In this document: in pieces, positions 32,652 to 45,281 of the stretch
Position numbering within the stretch: position 1 is the stretch's first letter
Layout of the letters: each line of letters begins with the position of its first letter
NCBI GenBank assembly: GCA_964035545.1
Contig: OZ037769.1
Coordinates: forward strand, 6,553,929-6,617,928
DNA length: 64,000 nt
Source: Bugula neritina
Taxonomy: Eukaryota; Animalia; Bryozoa
Direction of reading: 5' to 3'
Program-made: the position numbers and the translations under genes
The notes under the pieces: generated by a model
Databases searched by the model: none
Told to the model about the DNA's origin: nothing
The model's input: only the letters and a program-made list of their open reading frames with translations

Positions 32652-33944
32652 TGTGTAAAACAGCCGATAGATACAGACTGAGCTACAAGGCCCTCACCAT
32701 GTGCTCACCTATGACAGTTTGTTATTGAACTCTCTATAACCTATGGTGAGACTAATGGTCATAAACTCAAGCTGCTGGCGTTATCATGATTATGCAAGAC
32801 TGATATACCTCCTACAGTTACTTGAACTCTTTGAGTTGAATCTATATACACATTTTAAATTATGCTTTGTTAAAATATAATATTATATATTATATTGTGC
32901 CATGTGGTATGTGAGAATAATAATACAGATAATAGAAGTTGGAATACCTTAACTAAGCTGTCGTTCTAACAGCACAAGCCGAGTGCTACTATCCTGTCTG
33001 TTGAACTTGAATTCTTCTTGTGTCCAATCAGGTATTTAATATTCTATTTTATTATGCTGAAAAATCAAAAGCCAATCAAATTGCTGGAACAAAGGTTACT
33101 GCACAATGCAATGATAGTGCTTCTACTGTCTTCAAACATCAAATGAAAAATCCTTTTGCACAATCCGAAGCTTGGAAACGTAGTGGTAATGTAAATTATT
33201 AGACAATGAATGAGGTTTATACACTAAGGAGTAGACTATACAGTTTAGAGTGTGCACATAGTTTGTTACTAGGCAACAGAGTTCTAAGAATACATATATG
33301 CATATATTTTATAGACTTGGTGCTTGTTGGGGGCTTTTCTTGTCCAATATTAAATAGCTTAACACCATAATATACATTACAGCTCGTGGATGACACTTTA
33401 TGTAATATACACCAACTATAGCATATCTCTGAATATGAATTTCATCTATAGGCCTAAAATAGTAAGTTATATAGGAGGGGATGATGTTAAACATACTGAG
33501 TTGGATAACTATAAATAAGTGTTGCCTTTGTTGTACCCTACTGGATACAGATTTGAATTACAAATTTTAAAGTCGCTGTTTTACTTAAATGTAAATAAAT
33601 TGATCAGTTTTTTAATATATCTTTTAGCATTTATTAATTGGGAACACAGGAAAAAAAGTCGGATTATGAGTAAACAGGAAATAGGCTACAAATGATGCAA
33701 TATGAAATGTCTAAGCATGTGGAGAACATAACTTCAAAGTCATAGTATAAATTGGAGACTAACATTCATTACATTCAATACTATCACATAGGTTAAGTTA
33801 CATCAAAAATATTACATTGCAATATATATCTAAGTTTAAATGTCATCTAATTATGTAAATCGCTCTTCTATTTAATATAATTTATGTTGACAGGCATTTC
33901 ATATGTAGAAAAGTTACCAAATATAATTTTATCTCAAGTAGAGA

Positions 33945-34193
<249 letters not shown>

Positions 34194-34224
34194 CAATCTG
34201 TGTACCACAGCTGTTTCGGGATAT

Positions 34225-35113
34225 ATTAAAGTAACTCTTATAAATTGCTTACGTCTAGTTTTTCAATGCCATAATTCAGCATTATAAATTTGGTAACACA
34301 ATCCACTTCTAAGTTGTAATCGAAGAATTATTAACGAACAGTGAATAAAATATCCCACAAGAAATCAATTCTGCTTATTTCAAGTTTTCATGAACTATTT
34401 AACTTTTAACCATGAGAAAAACTAACAACTAAAGTGCCAGTCATCTCTTAAGATATATGCTTTTATTAATAATAACTAAAAAGTTTTAAAGTCTCATTAT
34501 ATATGTATTTTGCAGAGTTTATTCTACAGCTGTCATAGTAGAATATTATTTTTGTCTATGTATAAAGTATAAGTATACTATATGTTATTATGCTTGCTTG
34601 ACACCTCAATAATGTGAATATTTTAGCATCAGCCCAGATATATGCTACTCTGTTTTTCGTTTTACAGCATATAATAACATCTCATGAATGTTTCAGCTAT
34701 TGAACTGTAGTCTAGTTCAATGATTTAATAATGTTTATTATGCTTTTTATATTTCTTTATTGTTACATTTGCAGCAAATGAAATCTTTGAAATAAACCAA
34801 AAGTGCCTAATAATTATAGTATCTACACTTGATTAATTATAAAGGCTGTCTGTCAGAAATGTTACATGATCATCAGTAGCCTCAAAGCAGTTTGTTGTGA
34901 TCTGCCAATCAACTTTTAAATCTTTTTTGTATGTAACGTTTCTATATGTTGAAATGTTGGCCGAAAATTACATCATTAGAGGGTATTTAGACTTAAATAT
35001 GCCTAAAATACTTTATTTTATAGCATAAAAAAGTAATAGTATATTATGATATTGCATAGCATTACATAATTGGTGATGTTGCATAATCTACATAAGCTAT
35101 GTTGCAGCTGTTA
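34225..35113. repeat. Diverged ~0.9-kb direct repeat, copy A (pairs with ~37975..38910)
   Basis: Shared blocks such as CATGAGAAAA(A/G)..AACAACTAAAG, TAGTATCTACACTTGATTAATT and ATGATCATCAGTA.CCTCAAAGCAGTTTGTTG; edges approximate. Confidence 0.8.
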
Positions 35114-35395
35114 TAGGTGTAATAAAATGCCTTTTAAACTCCTAACCATTGCATTTTATTTATATATGCATGTACGTGCTTATAATTGCTTTGATGCAAG
35201 AAGTTAATTTTATTAAATGAAAAATTTCAGAACATATAACTAAGAAAAAATTGTGAATAAAACATTGAAAATATGTTATTACATTGTATCAGTCTTGTAA
35301 AACAGCTAGCTTATAAAAAGTCAATAATGCAAATTACACTCTCTCTCCTGTAGATTCAAGTGCTTCAGTTATATTCAGTTGAAAGTATTGGAAAA

Positions 35396-37075
35396 CTACT
35401 TTTTTCCTCCTCTACCATAATCTTCTATGCTGCCATTCGAACCTTGAGTTTGTTTGTCTGCACCGACACATTGTTTCCCTCGGCAGCGTGAATTATCATA
35501 TCTGCAGCGTCTTGTCCTCGTTTGCTTATAACCTCTGTCTTTCTGAGTCACCCAGCTGGACCAGTGGCTCCAAACACCATCAACTACAGTAAGGACCAGT
35601 CTACTTAAACTGTGATAGAAATATAATTGCATATTGCACAAACTTTCCTTGTCCAAATTATGCTTATTTTACAATTTAAACTGTATAAGAATGAATTATT
35701 ATAACACCTGAATGAAAACATATAAAAACTTTTAATCTATTAAATAATATGAAATCAAAAATTACTTGCTTAATCTATGAGTCTATTTTACACACAAGCT
35801 GTGAGTTTATTGTGAAATAACGTAATAATACTAAACTGCCTTCCAATGCTATAAATACTCACGAAAGTTTATAGTAGCCATCCCTGTGAGAAAACCTTGA
35901 TAAAAAGTTTTTTGTTGTTAAACCGGGCTAAGGACTTATTCAGATGAGACACAGGAGCAATTATGACTGGATGCCCTTCTTAACATCACCAATGGCTTTT
36001 GTCGGGCTGAAACTCATGACTTTGAGTTTACTAAGCAAATGCTTTAACCCCTAGACCACGGCTGCTCCCTCATCTCTAACCCCTAGGGTCTAGACTTTAG
36101 ACAATGGCTGCCTCCTGTCTTCTAATGCTAATGTAGTAATATAAACATACTTTTTGTAAATATTTCAAAATGAATTAATCTTGATAAAAGTCAGCAGCTT
36201 ACCTGGGCAGCACTTAGTGTTACACACACTGCGTTTCCATTATCGCATTATGCGAATGGATTTTTTCATTCGGCTAATGGAAACAGTTACATCGGATGAA
36301 ACCGCAACTATAAGGTAATGCAAACCACAAACCACAAATAATCCGTACGAAGCATTCATTCGCATTATGCGCAGTCATGGAAACGCAGTGACATCCGCCT
36401 TCTATAATTACTACCAACACACTCATCTATATCTCTTCTATATCCACCAAGAGTTATCTTCTCACAGTACCTGTACTTTCTCTGTGCTCCACCACCACAT
36501 GGTTTACTACATGCTCCCCACTCTCCCCATGGACTCCAGATTCTTTTCACTGCAAATTAAATGCTACCATTATTCTAATAGCCAGTGTGTATTTTCACAA
36601 AAATAACAAAGATACTAAAAAAAACATACAGTTTAAACATCATTCAGAGCATAAATATAAACTTTCAGAAAACTATAATATGGGCATATATTTTGTCTAA
36701 ATTGGTAATATATTTTTGGAAATAATATTTTAAGTTCAATATACCATGGTCAGAAAAGATTAAACAAGTAAACTGTGCTAAATTATCTACAAATAGCATT
36801 CAGAAACCTCACCAGCTGTATGGGAAGACTTTGTTGGATAATGTGGAGAATCATATCTATAGGCTGCAGCACCTAAAGCACAGAATATATATGACAACGT
36901 ATAACACTGCAGGTTTATGTGGTTTATATTTCTCTGATTTATAAAACTAACAGTTGAGCACATGAAAACTTTGATGAGGCGTACATTATACATTTATTTT
37001 TGTCAATCTTAATTGCTGTTATTTATAAATATAAATTAATAAATATATATAGGCATACAATATATAATATATACA

Positions 37076-37137
<62 letters not shown>

Positions 37138-37154
37138 ATGCGTGCGTGTGTGTG

Positions 37155-37194
<40 letters not shown>

Positions 37195-37217
37195 TGTGTG
37201 CGTGCGTGCGTGCGTGC

Positions 37218-37255
<38 letters not shown>

Positions 37256-37748
37256 CACAGAGGTAAAATAATTAAATACTTACAAAGAACTGAAGTCAGG
37301 AAAAGAAATAACATTATTTTCTCAGCTACAAAGTTTTAAAACAGTTAATTATAAATAATATATTATCACGTATATTATGAAACAAGTATGTTATGTGAAT
37401 ACTATAACAAAGCAGTTAATAGTAAATTAGCATATAAGCCGAAGCTTTTGATTGTAACATATTTTGGATCTCAAATAAATAATATATTGCAAGATAAAAG
37501 TGCAACGATTTTGAGAAAGATAGTTGTTCAATAGCTTGTAGTGTTACTAAGTTACTCCAGCAGTCTCTGTAGTGTAATTGGTTAGCACGCCTGCTTGCAA
37601 GCCGGAGGTCTGTGGTTTGAATCCCGGTGGGGGCAAAGTTTTTGCATGCTACTTGTATGTTGATTATCACAATTAACAAGTTAGAATCTCTACAGCTGCT
37701 TATATAGATGATATGTTTACTATGGTTATAAATAGAAATCTCACCCAT
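35396..37748 (-). CDS. Small secreted protein with two thrombospondin type-1 (TSP1) repeats (157 aa without the MITE); exon 4 interrupted by a MITE
   Basis: complement(join(35396..35583,36203..36549,36813..36872,37284..37325,37745..37748)), all phase-1 GT-AG introns. Signal peptide [19 protein letters not shown]; TSP1a [25 protein letters not shown]...CVG...RRRMCNTKCCP; degenerate TSP1b [11 protein letters not shown]...QTRTRRC...CRGKQCVG. Unspliced, the insert 36227..36390 causes a premature stop at 36365. Confidence 0.82.
35862..36069 (-). mobile_element. tRNA-derived SINE, copy 2
   Basis: Reverse complement aligns end to end with 27012..27222 (GGGAGCAGCCGTGGTCTAG...AGAAGGGCATCCAGTCATAATTGCTCCTGTGTCTC...). 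Confidence 0.8.
36227..36390. mobile_element. CACT-ended MITE (CACTA/EnSpm-like), copy 2, inserted in a coding exon
   Basis: Perfect 14-bp TIR CACTGCGTTTCCAT/ATGGAAACGCAGTG; 3-bp TSD ACA/ACA; removing the element plus one TSD restores RRMCNTKCCP in frame. Confidence 0.92.
37080..37253. repeat. Compound (TA)n-(TG)n-(TGCG)n microsatellite
   Basis: Direct reading; intron of the TSP1 gene. Confidence 0.95.
37563..37635 (+). pseudogene. Decayed tRNA-like sequence (Ala/TGC-like; tRNA pseudogene or SINE head)
   Basis: A box TAGTGTAATTGGTTAGCA, loop CTTGCAA, mutated B box GGTTTGAATCCC; acceptor stem mostly G-T pairs. Confidence 0.6.
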
Positions 37749-37827
37749 TCTGTGTCACAGTGTTTGCTGCTCCGCAGGTGAAATGGAAAGAGAAGACAGA
37801 AGTGATGAGACAGAGTACAGCTGCTCT

Positions 37828-37837
37828 CTTTTATATA
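37828..37837 (-). promoter_or_regulatory. TATA box of the TSP1 gene
   Basis: Minus strand TATATAAAAG, ~25-30 nt upstream of an Inr-like TCATCAC (~37802-37808) and ~85 nt upstream of the ATG at 37748. Confidence 0.65.
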
Positions 37838-37974
37838 TACCTAAACCATGATGCAAGTAACAAAGTCACTTTGAAATGTAAAAATACAGTTGCCAGTTTT
37901 GTTGACAGAAAAATTAAAGCCACAGTTTTGTTGACAGAAAAATTAAAGCCATAAATCATTTAATATGTGGTAGA

Positions 37975-38910
37975 ATAGAAGGAACTATTAAGAGCCAGTT
38001 TTATATAGTTTTTCAAATTTCAATGTAATAACACATTATTCTAAATTTAGTAACAAAATACAGTTTTCAGTTGCACATTAGTGAATAAAAAATCTCACAA
38101 GAAATGAATTCAGTTAAATTCATGTTTTAATGAACTACTTAATTATTTGTCATGAGAAAAAGTAACAACTAAAGGGCCAACCACCTATCTACATTATACA
38201 ATAAAATAAATTTCAATAATCATAATTAAAATGTTTTAAAGTCTCAATATATAGTTTGCATAAAGTTCATCTGCCAATATTCCATGGCTGTAACGTTAGA
38301 AATACATCATTGCTTATATACAGAGTATCAGTATACTATATTATGCTTGTTTGACCACCCAACTTAATTTGTGGATATTTGAGCATCAGCTCAGATATAT
38401 GCTACTTTGTTTTAAATTTTACAGCACAATAACATCTTATGAGTGTTTAAATTGGTGAAGTCTAGTCTAGTTTAATGATTTGATATAAGCTTTTTCAAGA
38501 TTTTTTTATAATTAAATTTGTAATAAAATAAGTTTGGTCATTGACATTTATGAAAGCTTTGAAATAACCAAAAATGTGCCCATTAGTATCTACACTTGAT
38601 TAATTGAGGTTGCTTGTCAGACATTATGTATGATCATCAGTAACCTCAAAGCAGTTTGTTGAGATGCTCATCAACTTTGATCTTTTTGATGGATAAAATT
38701 TTTAAATGAAATGGTGAAATTTCAACCAACATGAATTATATTCAATAGAGCTAAAATTTACATAATTAGAGGACATTCAGAACTAAATATACCTAAAATA
38801 TTTCACTTCAGAGTGTAATAAAGTAATAATATAACCTCTAATATTGCATAACATATTACATAATAAATAATATTGCATAATTTCTACAAAAAATTATGTT
38901 GCCACTGTTA
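37975..38910. repeat. Diverged ~0.9-kb direct repeat, copy B (upstream region of the TSP1 gene)
   Basis: Homologous to 34225..35113; partial third fragment near 39360..39465. Confidence 0.8.
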
Positions 38911-40514
38911 GGCAAATTACCAAGTTGGTTTTATAATGTATTAATAGCAAAATATTTCTAACAAGCGGCCTCAATTAATCAAGTGTGCTATAAAAGGGTT
39001 TGTTTTAATTTTAGAATATAGCCACATCTTTTGCTTCAGCTGTCTGTATTGTAACGGAGAATAAAAAATAGTAATAAAGATTTGTTCAATTAAAACTGCA
39101 TTCAGAAATAATTAAATTATGCATATAATGTCTTTCAGCATAAGACTGCAAGTTTGTGTTTTAAATCTTGAAAGTTATAACTATTTATAAATAATAATTT
39201 GCTTCGAATCAATGATGGAGTTTACTCAAACAGCTTTTTAACTGTTTTTTTTTCTCAACATATGAGATAGTTATATCTTGTGATATTAAAACTTGCTAAA
39301 TTATGCAAAGAACTGTGCCAAAGGCACTACACTATGAAGTAACATTTGGCTAGATTTTAAAATAACCAAAAATGCTTGTTAGCACACTTGATTAATAGAG
39401 GCAGATATTTTGTATCATCCAGGCATTGACAGTAATCTGCCATCATCCTTATCAACTTTTAATTTGTTATAAAGTGAATGACTTCTATAGAATGTACAAT
39501 TTACTTGTATAACATTAAACTAGGTGCTTAAAAGTGTTCACCAGTTTTCTTTCAGCTGCGTGCAACACCTATACAACTTATATATTACATGTAATAGCCA
39601 TTATTATATGATGGTGCTACGCTATTCCAAGTATTACATTGTTAATATTATGTTACTATATATGCAGTAGCTATTTTGTAAATTATACCGGGTTCTATTT
39701 TACTCGATGCAATGTTGCCAAACAGCAAATACTATTCAATAAAGCTGTCAAGTAAACAAATTCTACTTAATTAGATCACATTATACAAATAGCTATTTCT
39801 TTAAAAAACAATTTAGGTTGTACTGCTTTTGCACTATAATGTTTGATCAGTTCAATCTGCGTGAAATATAATACTTTTATTGTGCCTTTTAGGCAAACTA
39901 CTATAATTGGTCTAATTTGAAACTGAAATAAGATATTTATTTAGCTAAAAGAATTTCAAATAATTGAATTTTGGGCGTTTCCTCAAATAAACCCTCAATG
40001 AATAAACTGACTTAATACCTCTAGGAATCGCAGGGATCGAGCAGCATTTTTTCTAAGATTTTTACAAAAACTTTTTAAAGTTTATATTGATGACATGTTT
40101 TATGCTAAGTATGAAAATGATGATATTTTGCAAGCAAAGTGCACTATATTGGTAAAAAAATATTATTTAGCAATTTTATAAAAAGTCAGTTTGAAAAGCC
40201 AAGTTTCATTGCAATGTATACATATTACATATATATGAAAATTCTGTTGAGCCATGGGCAGCCTTGGTTATGCGCCTGTATTCACAGAACTGCTATACAA
40301 GAAATTCACAATAAAAAAATAAGATAATATAGCAAAAATAAATATAATTTATATTTTTATAGACAAGCAACTAGCTCATATTGTGACAAAGTTTAAAATT
40401 TTTTATTCAACTGCTTTAGAAAGGTATAAGCTGAATATAAATTAATGCAAATTTTGTATCTTCAATAGATTTTTCTGTCAACCAAATATTATATAAAGTA
40501 GTTTAAATAATAGT

Positions 40515-41789
<1,275 letters not shown>

Positions 41790-41984
41790 CTAAAACAAAC
41801 AAACTAATAAATATTTCTAGTATAGGTATGTTATTTGAACATTTCCCAAAACAACTGTTGCAAATCTAAAGAAATAATATGTAATAATGTGAACATTATT
41901 ATTTCAAATCTCAAAAAGATATTATTTTTATATTTATCTTTACTTTAGGGTGTTTCAGTTTATTGTGGAAGAACACCAGAAGAA

Positions 41985-42032
41985 CACCTGGATGACACCT
42001 GGATGACACCTGGATGACACCTGGATGACACC
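41985..42032. repeat. 11-bp minisatellite (CACCTGGATGA)x4
   Basis: Direct reading. Confidence 0.9.
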
Positions 42033-42461
42033 AGTGCAGATTGAAGCACAAACTGGCAAATATGAGACTATTTTGCTATAAAACAACCTGCAGTCCACTA
42101 GCACATGTTTTGCTAAGTGTCTAGATTTGAAAGCTAGGACTGGGCTGTGCTGTATTGTAGAATTGCTACTATACAAGCCTGGGAAAAATAGCTTTCAGAA
42201 AAAAAGCTACCCATGAAGACTTCTGGAAGCTATATGAAAAGCTTTGAAATATATAGCTAATGTTCTATGTATAGATGCAGCGTTCATTGTCTCTGTATTA
42301 CCCAACTATATAAGCTAACGCATTACGTGCACAATAAAGTTTATTCATTGTAATACTACACACTTTAGGCACAAGTTGTCTGTAAAAAATTTTAGCTGCA
42401 TATATAAGCTTAAAAACTTGACATAGATGGTACTAGAATACCTTTGTAGCAAAACAATACA

Positions 42462-43692
42462 TAGGGGTACAAAAAGCGGGCCAAGTTGTGAGAGAAATTA
42501 TTATTGACTTAGAGTTGTGATTTTTTTAATAACAAGGTAATGACATAATTTTTCCGACATTGTAGTTTAGGGGTGAGTCAAAAACTGTCTTTACCTATTT
42601 TTTGTAAATTGTTAAAGCTTTATAACTTTTTACATTCAAAGGCAACAAGCCTAGATTTGACTGATATTGTTGCCATTGCTTGTCTCTACATTGCTTAACT
42701 AGTATAACAGTAAACTCTAAAATAAATTTTCCTTGAGTCATTTTTATTTTCAATTTGGCCAAGAGGCACAAGAGGCCACGCTGACTGGGGCACAGTGGGC
42801 CACCTGATTATTGCACCCCGATCACTGTTATTAGTTTGTTTGCCCAAAACGTTGGTTGAAATGTTACTAAGATCAATAGATATAGCCATTTCTGACCTTT
42901 TTGTAAAATTTCAAAGACATCATGGTAAGACTACCAAACTACAAAGTGAAGCTCCCCTAATATATGCGTCTGGTAAGGTTGTAGCTTTGCCATTTTGTAC
43001 ATAATACAAAACACTCTGCTGTTGCTACTAGTAGATAGTTTTGATAGTCATTATATACTATATCATTGAGGGAATATACATGTATTCGACTAAAATAAAT
43101 TCCGTACTCCAGCCACAAACCGCAGCCATGCATTTTAGCTACAGTTCATAGAAAAAAGTCCACTCAGAATTTTGTAGTACATGTTATTAGAGTTTTTTTC
43201 TGATAAAGTTCCTCAGAAGTGAAAATAAAAAAAAATTTTTAGTTCTAAACAGTAATGATAATGCGGCACCTTAGAAATAAGTGATGTGTGTTTGATTTTG
43301 CCTTCCTCTGCTATCGGTGGTGGCACAAACTAGACAGCTAAAACATGAATGTTGATGCAGATCTAAAAGAGAATTTTTATTCATTTGTGTATATTAATTA
43401 AATTAAGATCAGATGCAACCAAATCAACAAAATTTCAATATATTTGTTGTGTCCCACCCAGTGGCCTATTGTACTCCTGTACCGGTACCGGGACACAATG
43501 GGCCGATTTTTCTTCATGAGACTTTTATTATTCTGAAAGTTGTGAGGTAGAGAGAGAAAAAACAAACCAATACCTTTAATAGACAACAGATGCAGCATTA
43601 AAACTAGATATTATTGAACTAATAACTTATGAAAAACAGACAAATGAGAGCATTTAAGATTCAAAATTCAGCCCCCCCCTCCTTACCCCCTA
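42462..43692. mobile_element. Older degenerate copy of the 25020..26334 DNA transposon
   Basis: Colinear similarity throughout (shared text GATATTGTTGCCATTGCTTGTCTCTACATTGCTTAACTAGTATAACAG); outer left TIR missing; right end decayed to CCCCCCCCTCCTTACCCCCTA. Confidence 0.88.
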
Positions 43693-44963
43693 TAACATGG
43701 AAAAGAAGCAACAAGCTAAAAAGCTGGCATCACATGATATTATCCCAATGCTTATGATTATACTATTCTGTACTATAACTCTCTGATTTTTCATCAGACT
43801 TTTTTAATCTAAGCTGCTAAATGAAAGAAAAATAACTCGTTTGTCTTTAATCAAACCACTGTCTAACCAACATGCAGTAATAAACCAAGACTCAATTAAG
43901 AAGTTCAGTAAATATTTTATAAATAAAACAGTATCAACTTAAAACAAATTGTTCTTCAATAATAAGGAAAGAACCTAAGTTAATTAAACAAAAAGAAGTA
44001 ATTTAATTGTTTTCTCATTCTAATTAAAGTAAATAAGCATCTTATTTTGTATGCAAGCTTGCACTGTAATGCAATGCCTAAAACTTAATGGTGATGCTAT
44101 TATTTTAGTACAAAATATGCTGGTATAACAGAGTTAATAACATTTGGATCTTGAGCTACTGAAGATGAAGCAGTGATCGATAAAGAAAATTTTCTTCAAC
44201 ACGATTTGAACTAATAAAGGTAAGCAATCGCATCTATAAGTTAGTAGGTTATCTGTCGTCTTAGAGAAAAAAGACGGATGAGATGTAATTCAGATTCATG
44301 CTAAATGGAAAAAAAAATTAAGGGATAGTTGTTAGCCTATTTATGAATATGCATAAGGAGTTAAGGATCAACATTTCCTTCTATTTCATTTCTTTCTTAC
44401 ATTTACTAGTAATATTTAGTAAGACTGGCTCACTTGACTTTACTCAACCTGTGTACACTATCCTACACATGCACATAGAACATACCTGCTATGGTTTCAT
44501 CCCAGATAGACGTTTCCCACTTAGACACTTTTTTATTCTTGTGCCATATATATAGCAATATATCTATATATATATACTTATACCACTGTTGTACTGATTG
44601 CTAAACATGAACTAATAGTTAATGTGAATTATCTGGAATAATATTTCAATTTTCACGAATTTGTGTGGGACAAAAAACAAGACTACATTAATAATAGTTG
44701 GTTATCTTCAATGAATACTTTGTATTAAAATATTACTTTCTTAAACAGCAAGAAGTATAGAAAATGCAAAATTAATAAGTTAATGCAAATCAAAAAAATT
44801 TATTTATGTGCTAAGTAACAAACACTTGATCCAAGTTTATTTGAATATGTAATATATATTTCAATAATATTCAAATAAGTTGCACATTAAATACATATAG
44901 TTATACTGTACTAAAATAAATAGATAGTGTCTAACTGAAATGACACCCCTTCTATGTATGCAT

Positions 44964-45042
44964 GTGAGTGTGAGTGTGAGTGTGAGTGTGAGTGCGAGTG
45001 TGAGTGTGAGTGTGAGTGTGTGTGTGTGTGTGTGTGTTTGTG
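44964..45042. repeat. (GTGAGT)n/(GT)n microsatellite
   Basis: Direct reading. Confidence 0.9.
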
Positions 45043-45281
45043 TAAGAGCTAAAACTAATTGTAGAAATCTTTTTGCTCTTTTTAAAGGGTGTTATCACTT
45101 GAGCTCAATTGCGTAGCTGAATAACTGGTATTAATTATTACTAAAAATAATTATGCTACATTTTTTTTAAAAAATAAAATCAAAATGAGTTGACAAATTC
45201 TGGTGAGTTAGTCAAGTTGCGAAAGATAAAAAATTAATCTGTAATATTTTTTGAGTTACAGGTTTTAAAAGGAAAGAGACC

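Noticed and set aside
41985-42032. Short direct repeats as a possible CRISPR array
   Set aside because: Head-to-tail 11-mers with no spacers and no cas genes, in eukaryotic DNA.
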